This document shows, piece by piece, positions 12,204-24,507 of a stretch of DNA of 64,000 nt. Source of the DNA: Octopus bimaculoides (lineage: Eukaryota); contig NC_068990.1 of assembly GCF_001194135.2 (NCBI RefSeq), forward strand, positions 70,959,031 to 71,023,030, in the 5' to 3' direction. The notes under the pieces were generated by a model, which made no database searches, was not told where the DNA came from, and was given only the letters and a program-made list of their open reading frames with translations. Every line of letters starts with the position of its first letter. Position 1 is the first letter of the stretch. The position numbers and the translations under genes were made by a program.

Positions 12204-12391
12204 TACTCGCGAGTAAACAGTTAAAACCTACCTTGCCAATCAATTATACTTTAATAATATCTCGATATTGTGTATATTTATCCATAATCGAAAGCATGTT
12301 TTTTTCCTAAAAGCAAAATGACCGTTTAAACACCGGTCAAGTTCACTGAAAAGTCGTGTCGTCTGCAGTTGTAAAGAGAAGTCGCCATGTT
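12204..12391. promoter_or_regulatory. Core-promoter motif cluster: palindrome TACTCGCGAGTA, CCAAT box and YY1-type CGCCATGTT
   Basis: TACTCGCGAGTA at 12204-12215, GCCAATCA at 12235-12242, CGCCATGTT at 12383-12391 (AACATGGCG on minus). Minus-strand donor CAAG|gtaggt at 12232. Confidence 0.5.
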
Positions 12392-13521
12392 AATGTCTCA
12401 TATTAAAGCCGGACAGTGAGACCAGGCAAGATTTTAGGGAGAATTTCATTTGTACCAACATCGAACCGTGTAAAATTCCTTAATTAAGTGATCTAACTGT
12501 AAAAGATGCGTTTATTTCCAAGAGCCTGGCTACTTTTAAGCCCAACGGTGTTGCAAACAACACTCGCTGACTACATGCAATAATAATAGTGCCTGCATCT
12601 CGCAGCCTCTGCTAACCTTCCTCAATCTCCCTCACTCTCTCCCTCTCTTTCTCTTTTTATGTATCTATCTCACTCTCTTTAGCTACCATACACCGTCCTT
12701 ATTTCTATTATCCTCGCTTGACACTCCTTTTCCCTCATTGTAGCACTTGTTCTCTTTTTATCTCTTTCCACTTCTCAGTCACTTAATCTATCTTTTTCTT
12801 TATTTATCTCTCTATGTATATATATCTCACACTCTCATTCTCTCTCTAACTATAATACATTGTCCTTCACTATGTTATCTTCACCTGACACTCTCTTTTC
12901 TCTCATTCTTTCTTTCTATTTCTCTTTCTGGCTCTTTCGTCTTTCTCTTTTCTTTCAGTCTTCCCTCTTCACCACTCTTTATAAACATTCATACTTTGCC
13001 GTCCTCATCCTCTTTTACACAACACTTCATACAAATCTTTCCTTCGATTATTTACTACGCCTTTTTTTCCGCCAAGGCTTCTACACATTTCTTCATACCC
13101 ATACACACACGTACGTATGTGTGTACATATATGCATGCATATGTATGTATATACTATTTCTAGTGTTGTTTTAACACTGCCATTCCGTCATCGTTATAGC
13201 TAATAATAGTATAATAAATATTAATAATTCTTAACATGGGCTCTTGGTCATAAAATTGCAAGGGATTAAATAAAGCCTAGTACATGACTGGTACTGGGAT
13301 TTCATAATGTCAGGAACGAAACTAATTACAACTAAACATTTAGACCGATGCACTGCCGCTTTTGTCAGTTAGCCGCCCCGTATTGATGATAATATTAATA
13401 AATGTTTTATTCTATGAAATCATCTCAACAGCGCTTCAGGATTTTTGTCTCTCCTTTTTTTATATTTCTGCTCGTATATTCTCTTATTCGTCTTTCTTCT
13501 TTATTAACTCTTTCATTTCAG

Positions 13522-13542
13522 CTAATCTATTACCATTCCTTG
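13522..13542 (+). CDS. Candidate 21-nt microexon (phase 1-1, xNLLPFL), host gene unknown
   Basis: Long polypyrimidine tract ending tttcatttcag, then CTAATCTATTACCATTCCTTG, then donor gtaagt. Frame-preserving. Confidence 0.4.
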
Positions 13543-13627
13543 GTAAGTCCGTCCCAATTTCTTCGGTTAAATCTAAACAGAATGAATGAAATGATACACT
13601 CTCTCTCTCTCTCTCAGTGTGTGTATG

Positions 13628-13705
<78 letters not shown>

Positions 13706-14046
13706 GTATAATTCTCACAAAAAGAAATATCTTTCCTTTCTTTAGAATTTCTGGACTTAACCAAAAGTATTTATTTAATATTCAATAAATAGGAAATGAA
13801 TATATCTCCAATAATTTCAAATTAGCCTAACATGAAGAAATATTTGGAAAACAAATACCACTTTTTTTTAAATACACATTTTGAAAAGGCGTCACACAGA
13901 AACATGTACACATACACAATACATTTTTGTCAAGTGTCCTGATTGACAACTTGGAATAGAATTGCGTGGGTGAATAACACAGTTGAAATAACAGGGTGTA
14001 TATAAATAAACTTGAAGGACAAGTAGGAAGAAAGCTACAGGTGAAT

Positions 14047-14108
<62 letters not shown>

Positions 14109-14499
14109 CAACCTTTAACATTTCCTATAGAGGAATGGCTGAGGTAATAAAAATACGCCAAATCAGTGATTTGGGTTATTTATGTTTCATGTGGTCAATA
14201 TAAAGGGAAAAAATTTTCTCTCGCTCTCCATTTGTATATCATTACTTAGAAACCTTTCCACAATTTCGAAGCCAATTGTTATCAATTTATCTATGTCTGT
14301 CTGTCTGTCTGTCTGTCTATACATTCATGCACTTGTTTCTACAAATCTATACATATAAACATAAATTAAATATAGCTATCTAGCTAGCTAGCTAGATAGA
14401 CAGACAAATTCATACACTTAGTATGAGTACATTTTTTCTCCTTTTGCAAACACATTACTATATATATGTTCATACACACACACACACACACACACACAT

Positions 14500-15690
14500 G
14501 ATAGAAGTAAATAGACACCTTTATAATCGTTAAAATTTATTTAAATCTGAAATTATACATTCAAATTATTTGTAGATTATTATAATGTGAATATCTAATA
14601 TTTAGTAGACATGCCCTTGATATTTTTCTATGCAAGGAACCTATTAGGCATGCTACTGATCAGATGATGAATATTCTCTTGAGGAATTTCTTGCCAAGTT
14701 TCATGCAGTAATCTCAAAAGATCTGGCTTTGAGGATGCTTTTATGTTCTTTTTACGAAGTTCCTGTCCATTATGCCCCAGAGTTGTACAATAGGGTTCAT
14801 ATCTGATGACTGGCTTGGCCATGGAAGCTTGGGTCTTTTTAGCCATGTGACAAGGACCCATATTCCATAAATAAAGAGTCTTCTTTAATCATTTCACTAC
14901 TGGAGAAGATTGGAAGGAGTCCTTTCTGTAATATGGACACATATTTATCTGAGTTTATGTTTCCCTCTAACTCCACCAGCTCTGATTGACCATTGCTGCA
15001 AATTGCTCCCCATCCTATCACAAAATAGTCACCATGTTTCATTGTTGGCTACAATTTTTTCACATCAAATTCTCGATCACAGAATCTCCAGACCTACACT
15101 CAACCACTATCAGAAAATATAGCAAATCTAGACTCATCAGAGAATATGAATGTCCCAAAATGCTAGTGGCTTCTCCACCATCTCACTGGCCCAATCTTTT
15201 CTCTACTTGACATTGGTTGCTTGAAGAATTCGCTTCCTTCTTGTTGCTCTACCATAGTAGCCATGTTTGTGGAGATACCTGACAGCTTTTCTGGGACTGA
15301 CATCAACTTGTTCTGCTATGTCAGAGGCCTTGCAATAAGGAATATCCTCCACATTACTCTTAACAAAGTGAAGGGTCCTGTCAGAGGACCCTGGTCAACC
15401 TGAGTAAGGTTATATGAACTCCTTCCTCTCTCTGGTGAATTGCACAATCACTCTATTAACTGTAGAAAGCAGAATCCTAAGGTGTTCTGCAATTTTACAC
15501 TAAGTTAACCTTCAGATTGAACCACAATACAGCCTCTTTGAAATTTGGACAGTTCCAAGGTTTCTTTTGTATGTAGCATGACTAAACAGTCACGTATAGA
15601 ACCTGAAACTTAAAAATGTCAATCAATAAAATATATAAACCTTTACAAGTTAAAATAAACATAAAACAATGTTTCATGGGGTATCTAAGC
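14500..15690 (-). mobile_element. Tc1-like DNA transposon, decayed
   Basis: VIGWGAICSNGQSELVELEGNINSDKYVSILQKGLLP and LRKKNIKASSKPDLLRLLHETWQEIPQENIHHLISSMPNR. Frameshifts and an internal deletion are present. Ends are approximate. Confidence 0.85.
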
Positions 15691-15729
15691 ATCAGTTGTG
15701 GTGTGCAAGAGAGCTGATTGCGCTGGTAT

Positions 15730-16640
15730 GGTCATTTGGCGAGAATGGATGAGGATAGCTGTGTAAAAAAGTGCCACAGCCTAGCGGTTGAGGGTACCTG
15801 TATAAGAGGTAGACCCAAGAAGACCTGGGGTGAGGTGGTGAAGCACGACCTTTGAACATTAGGCCTCACCAAGGCAATGACTAGTGAGCGAGAGCTTTGG
15901 AAATATGCTGTGCGTGAGAAGACCCGATAAGACAAGCGAGACCATAACTCGTGGACTTTACCAGGGGTGTAGCCAGACCACTTATGCGTACCTTTCCTTC
16001 TTTGGACACAAAACCCTGTTTGCAAAGACCTGTTGAGGCAAGTGAAATCGAAATTAAACCAAATTTGATGACTGGCACCCATACCAACTTTCCTTCATTG
16101 GACACTAAACTCAGCTTGCGAAGACCTGTTGGGGTAAGTGAGATCGAAATTGAACCAAATTCGATGAATGGCACCCATGCCAATGGAGCGCTAACAGCAC
16201 CATCCGAGCAGGATCACTGCCAGAGCAGCGGTTTCGCTTCCGTGCTGGTGGTTGGTACGTAAAAAGCACCATTTGAGCATGATCGTTTCCACTTCGCCTT
16301 ACTGGCACTTGTGCCAGTGGCATGTGACCAAAACATTGGACTGACTACTGTGCAGGTGACACGTAAAAAACGCCATTTGAGCATGGCCGTTGCCAGTACC
16401 ACCGGACTGACCTTTATGCCGGTGGCACGTAAAAAGCACCCACTACACTCTCGGAGTGGTTGGCGTTAGGAAGGGCATCCAGCTGTAGAAACTCTGCCAG
16501 ATCANNNNNNNNNNATCCAGCTGTAGAAACTCTGCCAGATCAGATTGGAGTCTGGTGTAGCCATCTGGTTCACCAGTCTCCAGTCAAATCGTCCAACCCA
16601 TGCTAGTGGACGTTAAATGATAATGATGATGATGATATAT
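15730..16640 (+). mobile_element. RTE-clade LINE 3' end with 3' UTR and (GAT)n tail
   Basis: RT C-terminus (RGRPKKTWGEVVKHDL) is homologous to 44000-44110. The UTR has internal duplications and ends in gatgatgat. Confidence 0.85.
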
Positions 16641-17059
16641 ATATATAGAAAATTATTTAAACATAATTACAGGATAAAATCATTAAAATTAATGAATTTT
16701 ATTAGTGGCCATCATATAAAAACCTTTTAGGTAAAATACATATATAGATATATATGTTCATTCCACGTATACACACAGGTTGAAAGCAAGAAAGTAGACT
16801 GACAGAAAATTCATAAAATAATCCAGTTAGTTTTGGATTGATCAATTACTGGATTAGTTTGATAACTCTTCCTTCATCAGCAAAACATACTAAGCGAAAT
16901 AAGTGAAAATATTTATACATACCCACAGAAAAGCACATGCAAAATGCAAGTAGACACAAATATTCACACATATATATGCATCGAATTTCACAATCCACCT
17001 CAGCATGTGAGTATTTGGTCAGAATATTATAGAGGTAAATAAAGTGACCCAAAGTGAAT

Positions 17060-17388
17060 GGGTTATCATCATCATCATCATTATCATCGTCCACTTTCCA
17101 TGCTAGCATGGGTTGGACGATTTGACTGAGGACTGGTGAAACCAGATGGCTACACCAGGCTCCAATCTAATGTGGCAGAGTTTCTACAGCTGGATGCCCT
17201 TCCTAACGCCAACCACTCAGAGAGTGTAGTGGGTGCTTTTACGTGTCACCCGCACGAAGGCCAGTCAGGCGGTACTGGCAACGGCCATGCTCAAAATGGT
17301 GCACTCCACGTGCCACCCGCACAAAAGCCAGTCCAGGGCCACTGGTAACAATCTCGCTCGAAAATCCGACAAATGCCAGCCAGATATC
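17060..17388 (-). mobile_element. RTE 3' UTR fragment (5'-truncated)
   Basis: Reverse complement of the 16380-16630 tail. (CAT)n at the left end. Confidence 0.85.
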
Positions 17389-17810
17389 TAAACATAATTA
17401 CAGGATAAAGTGTATATGTGGAGTAAACATTTTAAGTGGTCGGACAAATTCAGCATCAACTTTCAGCATATAGGCACAGTAGCTTCTGTGCCCTTAAGTA
17501 TAATTGTACCCTATACAATTATCTCTGTCTCTCTCTCTCTCTCTCTCTCTCCCTCCATATATATATATATATATAAAATCAAAATAAGCAACAAGGATAT
17601 TCAAAGTTAATGCAGTACGATCGTTTCATGCAACTCCATTTATTCAAGCAATGTGAACATTACATTAAATGTAAAATGCAAAATGTAAAAAGGTTGAATT
17701 AGATTCGTCCTTTAATTTGGAGGTTTCCCAAAAAAGATTTCCAATATAGATTCTTCATATTTTGCTGGTAGCTTACTAGCATAAAATTGCGAATATGAAA
17801 ATAATACTTG

Positions 17811-18008
17811 TATATGATGTGTTGTGAATTTATGGAAAGAAATCCCATAAAACTCAACAATTTTGCTAAAAATGGAGAAGAGAAGGTGCTAAAATATATA
17901 AGAGAATTTTAAAATTCTCTTATATATTTAACATCTTCTCTTCTCCATTTTTATCAAAATTGTTGAGTTTTACGGGATTTCTTTCCATAACTTCACAACA
18001 CACCATAT
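17811..18008. repeat. ~200-bp loopless palindrome centred on GAGAATTTT|AAAATTCTC
   Basis: Arms of ~99 bp either side of 17910/17911 with only scattered mismatches. Confidence 0.9.
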
Positions 18009-18014
18009 ATATAC

Positions 18015-18048
<34 letters not shown>

Positions 18049-18270
18049 TAATAAATTATAGGGTAGCAAAAAAAATTTTAGAAATTTTATTTACCACCAG
18101 TGGTCTAGCGAGAGTAAAAAAACAGTCAATAGACTATGTATTATTCATTTAAAATGCAGAGATGTCTATAATAGGACATCTACCCGCTAGAAATAGCAGC
18201 AAAAAACTACATACCACAAAAATTAGGGATAATTTCGAAAGGGAATGAAAAATAAAAACTTTTACCAATC

Positions 18271-18301
<31 letters not shown>

Positions 18302-18449
18302 TTGTATGCACATGTATGTTTGCATTACATACACAAACACATGTATGTATGTATGTATGTATAACCTTGAGATTCAGGATACAGAGGAGTCTGTAGTCTT
18401 CTTCCCATGAGACAACTTCTCCAGCACTGAGGTTAATCAGAAAAACAGT

Positions 18450-18660
18450 ATTTTTGGCACAAGGCCAGCAACTTTGGGAGGAGGAGTAAGTTGATTACAT
18501 CAACCCCAGTGATCAACTGGTACTTATTTTATCAACCTCTTAAAGGATGAAATGTAAGGTCAACCTTGGCAGAATTTGAACTCAGGACAAAATGATGGAC
18601 GAAATGCTGCTAAGCATTTTGCCCAGTGAGCTAATGAGTCTGCCAGCTCACTGCCTTATA
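18450..18660 (-). mobile_element. tRNA-derived SINE with Meta/MESC-like core (one of many copies)
   Basis: Homologous to 34245-34475. Further copies lie at about 9010-9130, 35970-36190, 52860-53075, 57235-57430 and 62035-62395. Confidence 0.75.
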
Positions 18661-18769
18661 CTCTGCTTTAGTATTATTACAAATTAGTACCCACCCAGAA
18701 TATTCTGAAGTACCCCCAGGCACCAAAGTTTGACGATGGGCCTGTAGGGGTGGGTGGCAGTAAGAACTG

Positions 18770-19010
18770 ATTTAGGGTAGAGGTGACTTTTAAGGGCCTC
18801 CTCAACCCTTCTAGTGGTAATAGGACAATAAAACACACATTGAAAGACATAAATAGCACCAAAGGTGGCTGGCCTGATTCTTCCCTGCTGTGTGTGTAAA
18901 ATGACATAGACTTTGACAATTTGTACAACAATGACACATCTTCACCATCATCCCAGCTCTTTTCCATATAAGGTACCCATGTATCTCCTCTATAGCGAGA
19001 TACCTGCATC
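18770..19010 (+). mobile_element. Highly decayed LINE AP-endonuclease remnant
   Basis: Frameshifted GDF(N)-, IDLTIC- and GSDH-like motifs occur in the expected order. Confidence 0.3.
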
Positions 19011-21439
19011 TATCCCTTTAACCTCTCATCACCCAGCATAAAGCCACCTCCCTTAATGAATACTACACCCACTCAGTTGGTGGGTTTTGTCTTGCATGTT
19101 ACTTGATGACTTTGCATGTAATTAGCACCCAGTACACTCTGTAAAGTGACTGACATAGAAACCATGCCAACACAGACATTGGAACTTGGCACAGTCCTCT
19201 GGGTCACCAGTTTCTGCTGAACCATTGGACCCATGCCAACAATAAAAACAGACATTAAATGATGATGATGATATGTATGTGTGTATGTATACATGCATAT
19301 TCACACACACACACACACACATACACATATCCTCAACCCACCTGCCCAGACCCAAAGTGAGTTCGAAGGAGAGTTAATCTGATTGAATCCTCTATTCAAT
19401 CTAAGGTTTATCTACAAATATAGCTCGAAGTTTCTTTTATCCAAATTAAGCAGCATTTATCAAACACCTACATATACTGCAAACTTTTAATGTTCATAAT
19501 CTCAAAGTTGGCTACTCACACCTAGATAATATTTCTTCTAAAACCACACATTACTACAGAAAAAATACACCCACCCACAGAGACTCCACTTTTTTCCCTG
19601 GCCTGTGACTTCCAAAATCCACCAGCTGTCCATTATGACAGTGCTCTGCAACATTTTTTCACTTGCAGTACACTTATATTCTTTTCAAAATATGGCAGCA
19701 CACCTGAACTAAAAATATAACTAAAAGTATAGAGGAAAAAATTATATTCAGGTTGCACTGCAGCACACCTAGCACCGTCTCGTGACTTACCAGTGTGTCA
19801 CAGCACTGAACCATGAGCATCCTACTATTCAAACATCATAATACAAAAAAATATCCTCACACAATCTGATGATATTATAACAAAATTTCCTAATATAACA
19901 GCTAGTAATTTCAAGGGAAGATTTACACTACATAGGCACTCCTTCAGATACAGGGACAGGGAAAATTCCATCTTTCCTTCATCTAGAAACTCCTTGAAAA
20001 TGACTTCTCCAAAATTACATAGAGCACCTTGACAGAGAGCTGTCTTCCTTACTTGAAGCTTCTAATAACCATCTCTGGCTCTGTGAGGAACTGCATATAC
20101 TGCAGCTGCCAGCACTATTCATCAACAAGAAAACCAATCTATTATATTGTTGCCATGTAAATGACCTTCAAACTATTGGCTGCTGATAAACCAGAAAAAT
20201 CATCAGAAATCTAGTTGGCCCATATCAAACTGCATTGTAAAGAAGTCCTGCTTGCTCATAGTGAGATTAGTTACCTTTCTGCTGACCATCATAGTGGCCT
20301 ACCAGACCTAAAACCCAGTCACAGATGCATCATCCAGTAACCCAACACAGCAGGCCTAAATTTTCATGTAACATTTCTTATACACTAATAAATAACCTGA
20401 CAACATCTGACTGTTTACCTTGTGTTATGGAAGGATTCTGACCACCCCTCAAGTGACTAAAGGTGGACTGACTCATTGTTATAAATTAAAGAACTGTGAG
20501 CGATTGGCAGTTTAGGTTGGTAAGCAGTTCACTGTGAGCCATGCTTCAGTGTTGAGTTTCGTGTAATAGTAATAGTATCATATCGTGTAAGTACTTCCTT
20601 TCCCCGCCTGCTTCATTACATTATATATCCAACATACAAAGATATAAAACCTTGCCATATAAAACAGACATACATCCCATTCTTAATCAAAGTAATTAAA
20701 TTGAAAATACCTATAGGTTGTCAAGTGGTTGGCATTATTAGACTATTCCCCTTATCACATGGAACCACAAACAGGATTATCTGTTGCTGTATTGCCAATT
20801 TAATTACATAAGCTAGAGTGATCTCTGTCAGACCCTACTTATTCCCATTTAGAAGCCATTTTTATATTTCCTCACCTTGTCATTAAGCATCCAAGAAATT
20901 AAATAGTGATCTGTGTCTATGAAACTCTAAATAATGAGGAGTAAAGTCAACCTGCAAATAACTACTTTTAATTCCCATGTATTGAGAGCAATTTTCTTTC
21001 ATTTGTACCTACTGTATACACACACATGCACGTGTGCGTGCCTGCACACACATATGCATATACATATGTATTTATATATATATGTGTGTATATATGAGTG
21101 TATATGTGGTGTAAGTGCCTGTATGTGCATAGTGGCTGTGTGGTAAGTAGCTTGCTCACCAGCCACATGGTTCCTGGTTCAATCCCACTGCATGGCACTT
21201 TGGGCAAGTGTCTTCTACTATAGCCTCAGGCTGACCAAAGCCTTGTGAGTGGTTGGTGTTAGGAAGGGCATGCCAGAACAGACAATGATGCCTGGTGTGG
21301 CCCACTTACCAGCTCCTGACAAATCATGCAAACCATGCCAGCATGGAAAAAGGACATTAAATGATGATGGTGGCTGTGGTGGTGTAAGCATTAACCTAAC
21401 TTCCAAAGCAGAACTCAAGGCAATCCAATGCCACAACAC

Positions 21440-21860
21440 CAACAAGATTGCCTTGTGGCTACAGATGAGTTGCTTGGGACAGGCTAAAAGGACTGAGGTT
21501 CTACTCCCTAGCAATAGAAAGTGAAAGATATGCAGTTATATATCCACGGAAGGTCCTACAAGGTGTAGCATCCAAATTTGGAATTGAAATCTATACCAAT
21601 AAGCAGACTGGATGTCACTGCATCGTACCAAAAATCTCACCCTTTCAATCCAGCATAAGGACCAAATATTCTAACAGCTTACAGTTCAAAGGACTGCAAC
21701 TTTTCAATACTAAAAGACCTCAGAGATCTTCAAGAAATAGATGGGATGTGTTCAAAGAACATTGAGACAAATTCTTTTTTGAGATACCTGGAGAACCCTT
21801 ATCACAGCAAGAAATGTAAAGACAAGCAGCTCTGTCCAAATCACTACTTCAGGACCAATT
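21440..21860 (+). mobile_element. CR1-type LINE 3' fragment
   Basis: Frameshifted LKRLRFYSL..ERYAVIY..KVLQG..SIRTKYSNSL.FKGLQLFN, typical of a CR1 RT C-terminus. Confidence 0.7.
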
Positions 21861-22471
21861 CCAGAGCTAGGTCTGGGAAAAAAGGCCAAAATAAACAAGC
21901 ATTAAGGCTGATGGCAGTGCCCCAGCATGGCCACAGCTTCTGGACAAACTAATGGAGAACTAAATGAAAGAGAATATATGTGTGTGTGTGTGTGTGTGTA
22001 TGCATATATATATATATTTATATTGGTCTAGGCATGGATGTGTAATTAGAACCATTGCTTTCCAACCATATTCCAGGTTCAGTCCAGTGGTGTGGTACTT
22101 TGGCAGTGTCTCCTACTATAATCTCAGACCAACCAAAGCCTTGTGAGTGGATTTGGTGGACAGAAACTGAAAGAAGCCCATCATATGTGTGCGGTTGTGT
22201 GTGTGTGTGTGTGTGTGTGTCTGTGTTTGTGTCTGTGTTTGTCCCCCCATCACCACTTGGTTTATTTACATCCCTGTAACTTTGCAGTTCGACAAAAAGA
22301 GACAATATAATAAATACCAGGCTTAAAAATAAGTACTGAGGTCGATCCATTTGACTAAAAGTTCTTCAAGGTAGTGCCCCAACATGGCCTCAATCTAATG
22401 ATGGAAACAGATAAAAGACAAAAAATTATACATATACATATACATATACATATATATATATATATATATAT

Positions 22472-23290
22472 AGGCGCAGGAGTGGGTGTGTGGTAAGTAG
22501 CTTGCTTACCAACCACATGATTCCGGGTTCAGTCCCACTGCGTGGCACCTTGGGCAAGTGTCTTCTACTATCGCTTCGGGCCGACCAACGCCTTNNNNNN
22601 NNNNNNNNNNNNNNNNNNNNNNNNNNNNNNNNNNNNNNNNNNNNNNNNNNNNNNNNNNNNNNNNNNNNNNNNNNNNNNNNNNNNNNNNNNNNNNNNNNNN
22701 NNNNNNNNNNNNNNNNNNNNNNNNNNNNNNNNNNNNNNNNNNNNNNNNNNNNNNNNNNNNNNNNNNNNNNNNNNNNNNNNNNNNNNNNNNNNNNNNNNNN
22801 NNNNNNNNNNNNNNNNNNNNNNNNNNNNNNNNNNNNNNNNNNNNNNNNNNNNNNNNNNNNNNNNNNNNNNNNNNNNNNNNNNNNNNNNNNNNNNNNNNNN
22901 NNNNNNNNNNNNNNNNNNNNNNNNNNNNNNNNNNNNNNNNNNNNNNNNNNNNNNNNNNNNNNNNNNNNNNNNNNNNNNNNNNNNNNNNNNNTTTTTATAT
23001 CGATTGCTATTCTCCAGCAAATATCGGTACCTTGTTGTACCATTCTTATGAATTTATATATATATATATATATTTATGTGTGTTTGTGTGTCTGTGTTTG
23101 TCCCCCCACCATCGCTTGACAACCGATGCTGGTGTGTTTGCGTCCCCGTAACTTAGTGGTTCGGCAAAAAGAGACCGATAGAATAAGTACTAAGCTTACA
23201 AAGAATAAGTCCTGGGGTCGATTTGCTCGACTAAAGGCGGTGCTCCAGCATGGCCGCAGTCAAATGACTGAAACAAGTAAAAAAGTAAAA
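22472..23290 (+). mobile_element. Young tRNA-derived SINE(s) spanning an N gap
   Basis: Head with A/B-box-like segments (tgtgtggtaag ... ggttcagtccc) and a CpG-rich tail ending aaaagagta. Related copies lie at 21120-21250, 22030-22410, 39760-40060 and 52225-52810. Confidence 0.8.
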
Positions 23291-23756
23291 GAGTATATAT
23301 AAAGACAAAAGATAAAAGATATATATGTATAATTGTGGTAATATATTAGATAAGAAGGAGAATATTCAATATCTGTGCCAGGGCATTTATTAAGATGTTA
23401 TAATCTAAAATTTCAGCTTCAAGAGTCAAGTGCCAGTTGATGTACTTAGGGGATATCTTAAAATCTTGCTAACTTTCGTTACATAACAAATATAATCATC
23501 AGTCTTTGACCTATGCTAAGCAGCTTCCAGCATTGTCTGAGAGAAAAAAAAACATATTTTCTTTAAAAATAGAAATATATCACTCTGTCTATGCACTTAA
23601 CTCTGTTACTAATGCAGTGCTATGTTTTGGGTGTGGTGTGTTTGGATTTTGTATATTTTTCTAACCTTTTTTTTTTTTGTTGGTATATGTGTGTCTACAT
23701 GAATTGTAGAATTGTTTGACTATGAAAGGAACTCTATACTTCTCAAGTTAACTCAC

Positions 23757-23863
23757 CTATGCAGAATGACGTGTACATCATGATGCAGTTATTTGTTGTT
23801 GAAGTTTCCCTTGAGAGCTTTTCCATTATTTTCATAACAAACAACATTTGTGATTGATCTTTC
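23757..23863 (-). CDS. Candidate internal exon of an unidentified minus-strand transcript
   Basis: Acceptor ctattctttaag, donor ATAG|gtgagt, one open frame KDQSQMLFVMKIMEKLSRETSTTNNCIMMYTSFCI. No recognised homology. Confidence 0.25.
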
Positions 23864-23933
23864 CTTAAAGAATAGACACATTGTATGAGCTAAACTGTCG
23901 TTTTATCTTTATGAAATATCTTTACAACTTATC

Positions 23934-23984
<51 letters not shown>

Positions 23985-24299
23985 TTGAATTTAAATATTT
24001 GAAAGCTTGACTCTCCATCCCTCTATCTCTCTATGTATATATATATATGTTTATGTATGTATGTATGTTATCAATCAGTTTCATTTCTGTATTTCTTGTT
24101 CATAGAGAAAGAGCCAGACTCTAACATAGATTCAAGGCTCTTTCATTGGAACTTTTATGAACATCATCATGGTATTTGTGCATATGTGTGTTTGTGTGTG
24201 TGCAGTATTTGGTGTTAGTGTATGCGCAGATTTGTATGTTTGTTTTATGGATGCGTTTTTATGTATATATTTTCATGTCTAGATGCATGCATATGTATT

Positions 24300-24507
24300 T
24301 ATGTGCTAAACTTTTGGAAAGTTTTACATATCTTTACAGTTCCATTGATGGCTTGAATCTGTAGTCTTCTAATCAGCCTTTTTCTTTCAGGTTTTGAGAA
24401 CCCAATTTTTCCAGGTTTTTGTTGAGGCAGTTCGTTACATATCCCAATGCCCCAACAATCATGGGTATGAATCTGAACTTGTAGTCTGGGTGGAGTATCT
24501 GCAAATT
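24300..24507 (-). mobile_element. Restriction-like endonuclease (RLE) LINE, C-terminus
   Basis: LQILHPDYKFRFIPMIVGALGYVTNCLNKNLEKLG and LQIQAINGTVKICKTFQKF (P.I.GALG motif). Abuts an N gap. Confidence 0.75.

Larger units (their letters stand above)
10080..14250. promoter_or_regulatory. CpG-retaining island, probable unmethylated promoter region
   Basis: By rough hand count, CpG is several-fold more frequent here than in flanking non-repeat DNA. The region contains TF-like motifs and several strong splice donors. Confidence 0.6.

Noticed and set aside
20421-20758. Possible second solo LTR (TG...CA)
   Set aside because: There is no TSD, no second copy and no adjacent internal domain.
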